Positions 1 through 15,868 of a stretch of 64,000 bases of DNA are shown here, piece by piece (position 1 is the stretch's first letter; every line of letters begins with the position of its first letter). This DNA comes from Felis catus (lineage: Eukaryota), in assembly GCF_018350175.1 (NCBI RefSeq), contig NC_058368.1:114578001-114642000 (forward strand), given 5' to 3'. The position numbers and the translations under genes are program-made. The notes under the pieces were generated by a model. It did not search any database and had not been told where the DNA came from. It saw only the letters and a program-made list of their open reading frames with translations.

Positions 1-980
1 TTACATTTCATAATATCCAGTTTTGTTGTGAGTTTTGTTTTGTTTTGCTTTGTTTTCCATTTCCTAAATAGTTACCAAGGACAAATCTTGTAGTAAACAC
101 AATGTTAAGGAACTAGAGCTAGAAAACCTCTGCCCTTATTGAGCTCAGTGTCTGTGAAGTTCCTAAAGACTAAAAAGACCAGTAACATAAATAACAACCT
201 AGAGTGCAAGGTACATGTTCATAAAAGAAGGTATCTACAGACTCGTTCACATTAACAACATGTTATTTTTTTAAGAATTAAAACAAAAGAATCCTTAGCT
301 GTTTCCAGTTCAGATACAGATTTTGCCCAAGAGTCTACATAAAGAATATTTATCCTTCCCTTTGTGTTGCACATCTACTCCTCTTTTTTTCTGAGCCTCT
401 TGAAAATCATGATTTTCAGTGAAACAGGGTCCTTGGTTCTCTTTGTCAAACTGTATCTGAATGGGTAAAAGTAGGAAAACTGGCTTATTTGGAGAAGGAG
501 AGTATCAGCATAAAGTGATGTTTAATGGTCAAGGAAAGATATGAAGGAGGAAAGAATGTGAGAAAAACTTGATAGAAGAAAACTGGACAGAATGAGAAGT
601 GAATATGTACGTGGATACATAGAGAAACATTGAGGAAGCTTCATTATAGTTGTGAGAGATAATAATAATTTAAAATCAGTGATGACTTAACTATATAGTC
701 TCAAATGTATGAGATAATGCAGAGGAGAGAAACTGTCCTTCTTGGAGGGCAAATGAAATTGCAGGGTAACATTACCTGCTGATAAAGTAATATCTTTAAA
801 ACTTTGTTTTCCTAGGAAGGCAGGTGCTATGTTTGTTCAGACTATTACTAGTGCAGAGGATGGAGACCTCATAAATGGAACTCTCCACCTATTGCTATTG
901 AAAGTCAGCAGAGTACAGATGGTTATCTAACATTCCTATGGTCACATGACAAAATAGTATGTTCAACTTACTGACCTCCC

Positions 981-1080
981 TTTTTTGTTGTTTTTAATTT
1001 TTTATTTATTTTGAGAGCAAGAAAGAACACGCCAGCCAAGGAGGGGCAGAGTGGGAGAGGGAGAGGGAGAGGGAGAGGGA

Positions 1081-1132
<52 letters not shown>

Positions 1133-1258
1133 CCCAAGCAGGCTCCGCACTGTTAGCGCAGAGCTGGACTTGGGGCTCGATCCCACGAACTGTGAGATCA
1201 TGACCTGAACTGAAATGAAAAGTTGGACACTCAACCAACTGGGCCACGCAGGCGCCCC
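981..1258 (-). mobile_element. Can-SINE (tRNA-derived carnivore SINE) with long (CT)n and target-site duplication
   Basis: reverse complement of the GGGGCGCC... head at 1251-1258, (GA)n tract, T-rich tail; TSD ACTGACCTCCC at 970-980 and 1259-1269. Confidence 0.92.
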
Positions 1259-1599
1259 ACTGACCTCCCATTTTTTTTATATGTGTATATCAGATGAGAT
1301 ACGTCTGATAAATTTTCTTACTACCTGTAGTTTTTGTTTGTAAGTTTTGTCTTCCTTCTATTCCTTCTAGAATTGGAAGATTCAGATAGGGTGAAATCAG
1401 ATTTGGAATGCTACAGAATCTCCACATAGAATTTACAAAGATCATGAGGAAAAATTATTTTGTTTTTAAGTGGCTTAATAACCATTTTATTCAGCTCTAT
1501 ACAAGAGAAGTGAAAGTGCTAAATATTTACACCAAAGTTTTCTTTCTGCTTTTAGAAAGAACCATGAATTATAACTTTGCCAAACATTTTCAGTACTGA

Positions 1600-2045
<446 letters not shown>

Positions 2046-2193
2046 TTATTTTATCATATCCATAAAGGTTAGTAGTTTAAAATCTAGTCAGTTAGCATTT
2101 GCTTCTGTAATGCTTATGCCACTCCCCTTTGGACGGTGAACGTATCTAGAGCGACCTGGAGAATTGTCTCAGAAAAACAATAGATGAAAGGGG

Positions 2194-2399
2194 TTTTTTA
2201 ACTTATTTTTGAGAGAGAGAGAGAGAGAAAGAGAGCACGAGGGAGGGCAGAGAGCGAGAGGGAGACATAGAATCTGAAGCAGGTTCTAGGCTCTGAGCTG
2301 TCAGCACAGCCCGACGTGGGGCTTGAACTCTCGAACTGCAAGATCATGACCTGAGCTGAGGGTGGATGGGCTTGACTGACTGAGCCACCCAGGCGCCCC
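2194..2399 (-). mobile_element. Can-SINE
   Basis: reverse complement of SINE head (gagccacccaggcgcccc) and body. Confidence 0.9.
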
Positions 2400-2718
2400 T
2401 AGATGAGTGTTTTGAGGCAAACATAAATGTATTTATCTTTGAATTGGTTCCAGAGTTGTTCTTAACCACATATAATGTAAGCATAAATGATTTTACTTAA
2501 TTTTTTACTGAGTTTTCAAGAAAATTACTAATTAATCTTCATTTTAAAATTTCAAAAATACACATATATAAAGTATATATTGGAAGCCACCCCTTCCCTC
2601 AGGTAAATATCACTCCCCTCAGTGGTAACCACCATTAACAGTTTGGTATGTGTTTTTTATATTCTTCCAAATATCTTCTGTGTGTATGTGTAATATTTGT
2701 ATGTTATCTATTTATGTG

Positions 2719-2742
2719 ATATATATATATATATATATATAT
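2719..2742. repeat. (AT)12 microsatellite
   Basis: read directly; lies within an AT-rich, old L1-like stretch (~2500-3110). Confidence 0.9.
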
Positions 2743-3474
2743 GAACCATACTTTATTAGCAAATGGAATTATACCATACATATATAGTTCTTTACCTTTT
2801 TTACATAACTGTAAATTATCAATATCTTTCTTGTAAATATACATAGAAATTTGCCTTATCTACTGAATGGGTATGTCATAACTAATTTAATCTAAAATTG
2901 GTGGACATTTACATAATTGCCATTATTTTCAGTAATACAAATAATGCTGCAGTGAATATCCTTGAATAGGTATCATTGTATACTGCCACACATTGTTTAT
3001 TGGAATAAGTTTTTACATATATAATTTCTAGATCATAGGATATGCACATTAAATCTGACAGTGTCTGTCAAATTGGCTGCTCCCTAATACTTTTATTCTT
3101 TATTAGTAGAGTGATTCCTTTAATGACTTGATTCTGTAGGTTTTTACTTTCTGATATGTACAGAATAGGAAGATTTTAGAGATGTAGAATTTGAAATTAA
3201 CGTCTCTAAAAGAGACACTTGGTCGTTGAGCTCAATTCTTTCATTCATGTAACAAATATTTGAGTGCTTACTGTATTCTAGACCTTGTTTTGGATGTTGT
3301 TATTCTGGCAGTGAATGAGATTGCAGGGATTCCTGGTTTCATGGAGCTTTCTATTGGGGGAGTAGAAATAGATAATTACATGGATTAAAAAAATACATAA
3401 TTATATCTTTGGACAGGGCTTAAATCTTTTTCCTCCCCTTTTTCATATTTTCTGCTATCCTTCTCCTACTCTAG

Positions 3475-3549
3475 AGTGGTGAGATCAAGTCCGTAGATCC
3501 CAGACTGATCCATGTGATGCTGATGGATAATTCAACTACTCAGAGCGAG
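3475..3549 (+). CDS. KDM3B: KDM3B exon 6
   Basis: pyrimidine tract ctag|AGTGGT...AGCGAG|gtacag; 75 nt; SGEIKSVDPRLIHVMLMDNSTTQSE. Confidence 0.95.
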
Positions 3550-5923
3550 GTACAGTAATCAACTGAGTCTCTGAGACTCATGAGCTTTCTTTATCTTATT
3601 ATGCAGATTCCTCATGTGTGTGTTATCCATGGATGCCCTTTGGGTCTCCATTCTGGCCACTGTACATTTCTTGCTCTCACCACAGTCTTATCTACTTAAG
3701 GGAAATACAGTCTCAAGCAGGAGTTGTAGTCTAAGAAAACCCTTTTAATCATGACTGTGTTGCCTAGCCTTTTTAAAATCCATGGCCTAACTATTTCTTT
3801 TTACAGTCATTCAGGACAGATATATTTGAAAGATACATTAGACAGTTAAAGCTGTAATAAGCAGTAGTAATATTTATAACCCATCGAGTAATAAGAAATG
3901 GAGAAGATGCATCCTCTTTTTCTTTTCATTAGGTGGTAGTGAGCTCCAAGAAGTCTGAAATTTTGTACTCCAAGAAAACTCAAATCAAACAGGTGCCTAG
4001 TTCAGTGCTCAGCACACAGTGGATTACTCCATAATTACTGTGAACCAGGCCAGCTCTTGGTTCATTCAGAATTATCATAACCCAAATAAAGATACATAAT
4101 AAATCAGTACCTAAATCAATCAGGAATCCTGTTTGAATTTCCTTCAGTAAGACATTGAGTATGACAGCCATCTATCCACATATTCCTGACAGTCTCTTAG
4201 CATCTCTGTAATATTGCTGTCTTGGCCACTCCTGCTAAGTAAGTACACATTTCTTCACATTTATCCAGTCATTCTTGACTTGATATAACAAGATCAAATT
4301 AGGAAAAGAAGAATCAGGGTTGAATTCAATAGCTTTTCACTACATGTTATATTGCCACAAGTAGGATATGCCTTTTGACTATAAACATGACTGAAAACAC
4401 TTTTTACTTTGAGGGTGTGTTGGGCCCCTTTCTTATTCCCTTCCTTATTTCATTCATTCATTAACTACTACTTACATGCCAGCCACTATTCAGCTGGTCA
4501 GATATAGCTGGAGAGTACTAGTCTCAGTGTCTTATGCCATCTACTCACATGTGAGGAGCTCACTGTAAGTAGGACATACATATAATTTCAGGGAAGTTGC
4601 TGTGAGCCAAGATCAGCAACTTGTCTGGATGTGTTGGATAGAAGATCTGTGGTTTCCACAGCAGACTACCAACAGTGTGGGGGGAACAGGAGTAAATCTT
4701 GGGTTTGGTTAAGAGCAGTAGAAGGAAATTAAGGAGAAAAGATGCAAATGAAGGCAGCAAAAAAGAGAATACAAAAGCTAGAACTGGCAAGATGAAATAT
4801 AAAATTTGAAAAAGTTACAGTTATAACTATAGTAATGGTTACAATAAAAATATAGATCTGCTCAAAGATTCTATAAATATTCAAGAGCATTAAGAGTAGT
4901 TTAATGAAGTTGGTAAATATTAATGGCTAAATAACTACATATCACTAGCTTATTACCAGCCCAACACATGTTATTTGAGTAAAACTATCTGAAAGTTAAC
5001 TGAATAAAGCTAAAAAAAAAAAAAAAAAAAATTGCTTCATGGTGGGATACCAATCTAAGAATGTTCTAGACTTAAGTTCTTGCTGCACAAAGATTGTTTG
5101 AGAGAATGGTACTGTGTTCCTAGCCCCTTTCCCCATGCTCTTGTCGGGGGAGGAGTTTATTCAGAGATAGGAATCATGTCTCCTAATCTATCTTTTAAGG
5201 TTGTTAGGCCTCTCAAATAAGACATAAGTAAGATTTCATAAAATGGGCTGAAATTATTGGAAAAGCTGCGGGATTTGGCTGTATGGTCTGTGGTAGCCTC
5301 CCTTTTTTGCTTTCCTGTGTCTAATACTTTGAAATAAGTTCTGGAAATTGTTTGAGTATTTATAGTGTCCACAAGAGCAATCCACACTTGTCTTTGTTGG
5401 GCTCACTTTTCCTTTGGTCATAGACTCACCACTGTTAGTCGTCTTATTGCTAAGTTGTCCCCAGTTTTTTAGTGACTTCTGGATAGAGGAGATTTTTATA
5501 TTTCAATACTTGAAATGCGATTGTCAGGCAAACAAGGAGAAAAATATGAAAGAAAGCAAATTTTTTTTTCATCAAGGGGCAATTGAGCTCCCAGTCTAGC
5601 AATAGCAGTCTTGTTTTATAAAAGAAATTCCACAAATTTTTAAAGCCCTCAAAAAAGTCCATTTGAGGAAGCATTTTATTTAAGGGGAGGGTTTGCCAAG
5701 TGAGTGAACTTGTAGTAACTCTTATCTTGAATATGTGTGTAAAATGAGTCACAGGAAGATTGGAGCTTTCTGACTAAGGGGATGTCTTAGAGCTGGCATT
5801 GGAATGTAGCAATCTGCCTGCTTTCATTGTCTGCTTCTAGAGATGGGAAAGAGCTAATGGTTTATGGTTTTCACAGGATGGAAGGTTCCTTGTAATAAAT
5901 CTCTTTTGAATTTTGTTTTGTAG

Positions 5924-6604
<681 letters not shown>

Positions 6605-7181
6605 TAAAATGCCACAGGAAAGGAAGTATTTCTGACATGTGCTTAAATTGTGCTCTGAACAGTCCTTTACTGCTCATTGGGCAAATGTGTATATTTTCAT
6701 AACTTTATCAGCTATTAAAAGTCACCCGAACAATTGCACTAATCAAAAACTGATGATAAAACCCAATTTAATGAGATATTAAAGTAGATCTGATGGGGAA
6801 TCTTTTTAATTCAATTATCTATTTAGTTCACACAGTGGTTGAGCCTTTACCAGGCCTATGAGAGACAAGGTTAATGAATTACAGTGTTGGTAACAGTGAA
6901 CACTATAATTAAGGCTACGTGAGAGTGGCTATTACCATCCCCTGTTTTTAGTTCATCATTTTCTATGATATTTTCCTTTGAGGCTGGGCTTCTTTCCATG
7001 ATTTGATATAGCTATAAAAGCGTTTTGGTTTTTTTTCTTTTCTTTTCTGACTTAATCTTTTTAAGCCTTACTGGAAAATTTGATGGAATTAATCACAGTA
7101 GTATCCAACTTCCTATGTTTTTTATCTGATTTGCATGTATTGTTGCTGAAATGGAACTTCTGTTAAATAAAAGTTAACATT

Positions 7182-7490
7182 GGGGCACCTGGGTAGCTCA
7201 TTCGGTTAAACGTCCCACTATTAATTTCAGCTCAGGTCTTGATCTCAGGGTTATGAGTTCAGGCCCCACATTGGGCTTCACACTGGGCATGAAACCTACT
7301 TAAAAACAGATAGATGGATGGATGGATGGATGGATGGATGGATGGATGGATCTCAGGGTTGTGAGTTCAGGCCCCACATTGGGCTTCACACTGGGCATGA
7401 AACCTACTTAAAAACAGATAGATGGATGGATGGATGGATGGATGGATGGATAGATAGATAGATAGATAAACAAACTTCTAAAAAAATACA
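7182..7490 (+). mobile_element. Can-SINE with internal tandem duplication and (GGAT)n/(GATA)n tail
   Basis: GGGGCACCTGGGTAGCTCA head; ~108-nt unit repeated at 7241 and 7349. Confidence 0.88.
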
Positions 7491-9482
7491 AGTTAAATTT
7501 GAAACAATATCAAAATCATTTCTCACAGTCTTGACTCTTATACACCACAGAATGATTTATGATGCTAGTCATTTTCTTTCAAACTGGCTGTTTCTTCAAG
7601 CTGGAATATGAAATACAAAAAGTACTAAATGATTTTTTTAATTATGTATAAGAAACTACTGTGTGCTAAGTACTGTATATTATAGACAAGGAATTGAAAT
7701 CCCTATTTGAAGGAGCTCACATCTTAAGATGGAATCATTATAGGCATAACAATGCCAGATAAAACATGGCATATACATTTCATCTGAGTTCATCCCCTCC
7801 TAGCAAATGTGATTTGTGAATCCCTAGTGTGCAAGGATGGGCAGGGAGGTGAAATGTCCAGGCAGAAGAGAAGGTTTGTAAATGCAGATTTCATACTGAT
7901 AAATGGTTTGTCCTTTGTTAGTTGACCAGCATTCCCAAGAGAAGTAGGTGAGGATCTTAAGTGAATTTCCACCGTGTATAAGTCATTATATTGCTCAAAC
8001 TAATTAAAATCCACTCCATGCCGAAGGCTGTGTAGATGTAAAGGGGGTTACAAAGTAGACCAAATTTTATATGCTGGGAGATCCACTGAATGCTATTATT
8101 CTTGGGGTAGCAAAGCTGATTAGAAGAAATGTGGATTCAAAGGGCATTTCTTTTCCAAATAGATTGGAGAAGTTTCTGTGACTGTATCAGTGATTTTGGT
8201 AATGTGTCAGCCTAGGTATTCTCCTGGGATATGATTTAGAAGTACAGAAAAGGATGTTTCATTATGGTATCACATCTAAATTAGGGACATAGCCCCCAGG
8301 AAATTTCTTGCCCTAAAAATTAAGTTGAAATCAATTTGTCATCACTTTCTTATAAGAAGAGGATTTAGAATTTAATCATGTGAAGGAAAATGAAAGACCA
8401 TCCAAATTATTTTGCATTCATGTGTATATTTTCAAAGGGTAACTTTAGTAGTGAAACCTAAGCTACCCATGCTGGATCCTTGGAGTCATGCAGGTGTCAA
8501 GGCTTCTGGCCAAATTCTGCTTAATGAAACAACAGACAATTCTTAGGGCTGTGTCTTTCTTGTCTCTTCTTTTTAGTTGGGAAGGGGTTTAAGTCAGTAG
8601 TAGTTGATTAGTGGGAAGGAAAAGAAAAAGTATAATGGGGTTACTGGCTGGCTCAGTTGGTAGTAGAACATGTGACTCTTGATCTCCGGTTCGTGAGTTT
8701 GACTAAGTAGAGTTTACCTTACAGAAAATAAATAAATAAATAATAAACAACTTTAAGTTTTTAACTCTAAAATGCCCTGAAGCAGCCTCTGTAGCAAATG
8801 TCAACTGGAGACCAGCCATAGGTGGCATGCCTGGTTCTCATGCCTCTGTGCCATCCTCAAGGAAAGTCCTAATGTAGGCTCTTCTTGCATATTTAATGAG
8901 TACCTTAAGTAAATTAACACCTTTTTTTGAACAATAGCCCTTTCATTTATCTGGAATAATTTTTTTTTAATGTGGAAAAGTAATAACCATTAGATTTACC
9001 ATTTTAACCATTTAAAGTGTTCCAATACTGTAGTATTTAGTACATCCACAATGTTACACAAGAATCACCACTTTCTAGTGGTGATTTTCATCACCCCAGA
9101 AGGAAACTCCATATCCGTTAAGCACTCCTAGAATAATTTTTATTTGCCATGTTTTAAAATGAATGTTTAATGGTATACTACTACTACTACCTGAAGGTTG
9201 ATTTTAAATGTTCAAACCCACCTGTGGATGAATGTTTCCCTCTTTGTATAATATATATGAAAGTGATCCTCCCCTTCTTTATGCACACACCTTTTATTTA
9301 CATGCAGAAGTTAACATTAACAAGGTGAAAAAAAGGAAAATTTTTTTTCATTCTCCAATTTGTTAGGCTGAATGCTTTTGTTTGGTGGGTGTATCAGTAT
9401 CTAAACTTTTCTTGTTTGGAGGCTTGTTAGATCCTAATGATAACAGAAGGGTTCAGTAATGAGTGCTTTGTAATTCAACATC

Positions 9483-9690
9483 TTTTTTTTAAACATCTTT
9501 TATTTTGAGAGAGAGTGAGTGAGCACGAATGTGGAAGGGGCAGAGAGAGAGAAGGAGACACAGAATCTGAAGCAGGCTCCAGACTCCCGAGCTGTCAGCA
9601 CAGTCTAACGTGGGGCTCGAACCCACGGACCGTGAGATCCTGACCTGAGCTGAAGTCGGGCACTTAACCGACTGAGTCACCCAGATGCCC
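9483..9690 (-). mobile_element. Can-SINE
   Basis: reverse-complement SINE body and T-rich tail. Confidence 0.9.
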
Positions 9691-10307
9691 TGATAATTTA
9701 ACACCTTTAGGTCTAACTTTAATTGAAGTAGATACTCAACTTTTAGATTGATTTGGACGCATAAATAAATGGCCAAATTCTAAAAGGGTCCATCTTGGGG
9801 AGTTTCAGACTAAGAAAGAGAATATTTTTCCTTGTTATGGGGCAGAAGTCACTTTTGTAAAATGGGCAGTTAGTTTAAATAAATCGAAACTTTGACAGTA
9901 GCTAAGATCATTGAGGGAGATTAATACAACAGGGTCACTAGGTACATTTCAGAGTAAAAGCTAGTATCTGTCTGTTCAGGAATCCTTTTCTCCAATTCCT
10001 GGTAGAATCTTCCATTTCCAATAGAAACTGAGAATCCTACACAGCCTCCTAGTACTGTGACAGCCAGTTGGCTAAGAGTCAAGGGAGTGGCAGGGTGAGT
10101 GACATCCTGCTGTCTATAGCTCACCTTGTTAAAGATGCCCTCTGTGTGGTCTGTGGCAGGTGTCATCTCTAACACTGGTAAAAATCTAGTTATAAGAGCA
10201 GTTTTCATGGAATTGTAGGGGAGAAAAGTTGATTTGACCCACAAGAAATGTTGGCCTAGGCCCAGGAAAGAGGTGGTAAGGTTGTCAAGAGAAACTAGAA
10301 TTACTAA

Positions 10308-11675
<1,368 letters not shown>

Positions 11676-12421
11676 TAGAATAACATGGCCAAAAGGGCCT
11701 ATTAGAGGCCCCTCATCAGACCTGTTGGTTCAGGGCAGGATTGCATCTAAACCCCAACACTGTAAGAAGGATATCTACCTGTATAATGAGGACAGAGAAA
11801 GGGAAGACCCCTGATACTCCTTTCAGTCAAGAGTTCTTTCCCGGTGTTTTTCTCATCCCTTTCTGCTTCTCTTTGGCCCATCCTCTTTAATTTACTTTAG
11901 AGGAATTACTGAGTACTGGACTCTGTTCTCACATAGCAGCCTTTCATAGACTTAATTAGGCAAAAAGAATCACCCCTCAAATTTACTTCTCTCTGTTACA
12001 TGTATCAGGTTTTAACACCTCTTCCAAAAGCCATTACCTCCTATGCTGTGAGCTTCTAGCCCAGAAATGTGTAAGGGCAAGCGTCCATTACTATTGTCAT
12101 TAGGAATTGGTACCATGGGGGCCCAACAGTCTGTGATTAGTAGAACAGTCGTATCCTGAGAGTCTAGAGGCAAGTGGCTACCTTCTGCCTTCTTGGGTTT
12201 TCCTCACCCATACCAGAGTTGTTTCCTTGTAATGGGGCAATGCCCACAAATTCTCCATGGTCCTTAGCTTCCTTTTGAAGTCTCTTGGCTCCCTCCCTTT
12301 CTGTCACGGCTGGACATGAGGCACACAAGCCCAGCTATGGCAAGGAGCAATGACCCAGGTCAGGACAAGAATTCATCCCCAAGAGGATTATGTTATTGGG
12401 TCTCATTAATATCAATCATGA

Positions 12422-12778
<357 letters not shown>

Positions 12779-13194
12779 TGAGGCTCTATCCATAGTAGCC
12801 ATTCAGTTTGGATTGTGAAGTGACATGTGGCTTTGTCCTTAGGGAACTGAACAGCTCAGCCGCTGGCCCCTGAACTACATTGAGTCATTCCTAATTTGGA
12901 TTCCATTTGAAACCAGTGGTAGAAGCAGAGGATGCTCTTTTGTATTATGGATGTGTCTGACCCTTTATTCCTCTACAGTGCTAGAGTAACTTGAGTCTCA
13001 GGGAGAAGGGCAAGTAAGATGAGGAGATACTGTGAAGTGTCTTTGGAATAGATATAACTGATGAAAATCCTGGGAGTATCCCCTGCTTTTACCAAACAGC
13101 AGATAGTCACTTTTTTCTGCTTGATAAACTTAGAAGAAGAATTTCTTCTAAACAATCTTCCAAGAAATCTTAATTTTTAAGATACAGAAATCCA

Positions 13195-14531
13195 AATGAT
13201 TTATTCACATAGTGTAGCTTCACTTATTCTGCAAATGTTTACTGAGCACATACTCTGTGCCAGCCATCGTTGTAGGCATTGAGGATTAAACACTGTATAA
13301 AACCATAAAAATCTAGCCCTTCAGAGGTTTGCTGAGGAGGCAGACAATAAATAAGGAAAAGAGATTAAATGTATGGCATGTTAGCTGTTAATAACTGAGA
13401 AAAATAAGGACAGGAAAGAGGATTGAACTGTGGGGAGGTTAGAAAGCCTACAGTTTGGGGGGGGGGTTGTTTTTGTTTTTTTGAGAGAGAGCATGTGCAT
13501 GTGAGCGAGGGAGAGGCAGAGGAAGTGGGGCACAGAGGATCCAAACCAGGCCATGTGCTGATAGCAGTGAGCCCAATGCGGGGCTCGAACTCACGAACCA
13601 CAAGATCCCGACCTGAGCCAAAGTCAGACACTCCACTCACCGAACCACCCAGGCGCCCCTAGAGAGACTATAGTTTAAATAGGATGACTTGAGAAGATAA
13701 GTAAGACTTGAGTAAAGACATGAAGGAGGTGAGGGAGTGGACCACGCATGTCTCTGAGAGACAAGTTTTCCGGGTAGAGGGCACAAGGGCAACTGTCCTG
13801 AGGTTGGAATATTCCTGGTGTGTTCGTGGACCTAGGGTGGCTAAAATACAGAATGGGGGCAGGGGAATTGAGGTCACAAAATTAATGATGAGTCCATATT
13901 TTAAAGGACTAATATAAGGGCCTTGGCTTTTGTGCTGAATAAGAAGTCATTGGAGGTTTTGAGTTGATGAGTGACGCTGAGGAATGTTTTAAAGGATCAC
14001 TGTGACTACCTTACTGAGGATAGATTATATTGAAGCAAAGGCAGGAGCAAAGAGAAATTAGGAGGCTGTTGGAATTATCCAGGTGAGAATGACAGTAGCT
14101 TAGTGATGGAAGTGATGAGTCCAGTTGGATTAAGGATATATTTTGAAGGTAGAACTCACAGGATTTTCTGATTGATCAGATGTGGAGCATGAAAGAAGAA
14201 ATGGATTCTACAGCTTTTGACCTGAAAACTGGAAAAATGGGACTGCAATTTACTGATAAGGAGATTCCTTAGGGAAAAGCGGGTTTGGGGAAGAAAATGG
14301 GAACTTTTAATTTGGGCATGTAAAATTTGAGATGCCTATTAGATTTCTAGATTGAGGGGCACCTGGGTGGCTCTGTCGGTTGAATGTCCCAACTTTTGAT
14401 TTTGGCTCAGGTCATGAAATCAGGGATTGTGGGTTAGGGCCCCACATCAGGCTCCATGCTGACAGGGCAGAGCCTGCTTGGGATTCTCTCTCTCTCCCTC
14501 TCTCTCTGCCCCTCCTCTGAATTAACTAACT

Positions 14532-14597
<66 letters not shown>

Positions 14598-15600
14598 AAT
14601 AAATGAATAAACTTAAAAAAAAAAAAAAGATTTCTAGATGGAGATGTTGAAAGGGCAGCTGGAAACTCAACTCTAGAGTTGAGGGGAAAAGTCCAGGCAG
14701 ATAAAAATTTCGATGTCATCAGGTATTTAAGCCTAATTGAGATTACTGAAGGAGTCCAAATGTAGACAAAGAAGAAAAGCATTCCTAGGACCGAGTCCTG
14801 GAGTTCTCCCACATTGACAGATGGGAAAGATGAGGAGGAGCTAGTAAAGGCAGCTAAGAAAGAACAGCCAGTAAGGTATCCTGGAAGGCAAGTGAAGAAA
14901 GTATTTCCAGGAAGGAATAATGAACTCTGGCAAATACTGGGGATTGGGTCAAGCCAGATGAGAACAGAAAGTGACCGTTGGATTTAATGAGGGGTAATGA
15001 CCTTGTCAAAAAATGGTTTTGGTATGTTGGTGAGGGAAAGCCTGATTGGAGTGGAGTAAGAAAATGAAAGGGAAGAGGAGCTGGTAACAATCAGTATAGA
15101 CAACTCGGTCAAGAAACATTGCTCTTACAAGCAGATAAATGGAGGGGGGTGTGGGATCGAGAGGATTTTTGAGATAGAAAATTCTTAGAGAATTTTTGAG
15201 ATAGTTTAAATACAAGAATGATTCAGTAGAGAGGAAGATAGATGATGTAGAAGAAAGAATATGTGGAGGGCTGCCTACGTGAGAGGATGTAGAGCATAGG
15301 TGGAGAGATTGGTCTTCGCTGGGATCCTAGTTCATTCCTAGCAGCAGCACGTCAGATGGAACATGGGCCCAGTTGCAGGAAGGCATGGTAGTATGGTGTT
15401 GGGAACTTGGGGGACATCTCTTCTGACTCCTTGTATTTTCTCCATGGAATGCATAACAAGGTCCTCATGAGAGAATTATATTGGAGGTTAGAAAAGAAAA
15501 GAGAAGCTTTTCTAGGAGAGGCATCTAGGAGAGGGCGTGCACCAGGAAACTGTTGTAACTGGAAGGCAACATGAAGGGCTCAGCTGACATAGTTAGACGT
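13195..15600 (-). mobile_element. Old L2 LINE fragments interrupted by Can-SINEs at ~13466-13659 (-) and 14356-14628 (+)
   Basis: reverse complement of L2 3' end (aaatgtttactgagcacatactctgtgccag) and purine-rich L2-like body; the + SINE has TSD AGATTTCTAGA at 14341 and 14628; boundaries approximate. Confidence 0.65.
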
Positions 15601-15868
15601 GAATTTCAAATGAGACAATGAGCATGGCTGTTTTCCTCTGGTCACATTCAGTGGTGTGGGTGCACACCACTCAGGTGGATAGAGAAACTGAAAGATGTTT
15701 CTTGACACAGCTTTTTAAAGAACCCAGACATATTAAGTGTTAATAATAAGCCTTTCTACTATTGTAGAGAACGTATACTGTGTTGGTCAAATAGGGTGAA
15801 AATTCGTTTTTATTTTTATTTTTTTGTTTTGTTTTTATTTTTTGAAAATTAGTTTTTAAACAAAATTT

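Noticed and set aside
968..1271. Many 60-130 aa ORFs with SLSLSL or ERERER runs here and throughout the window
   Set aside because: Translations of SINE bodies and their (CT)n tracts.
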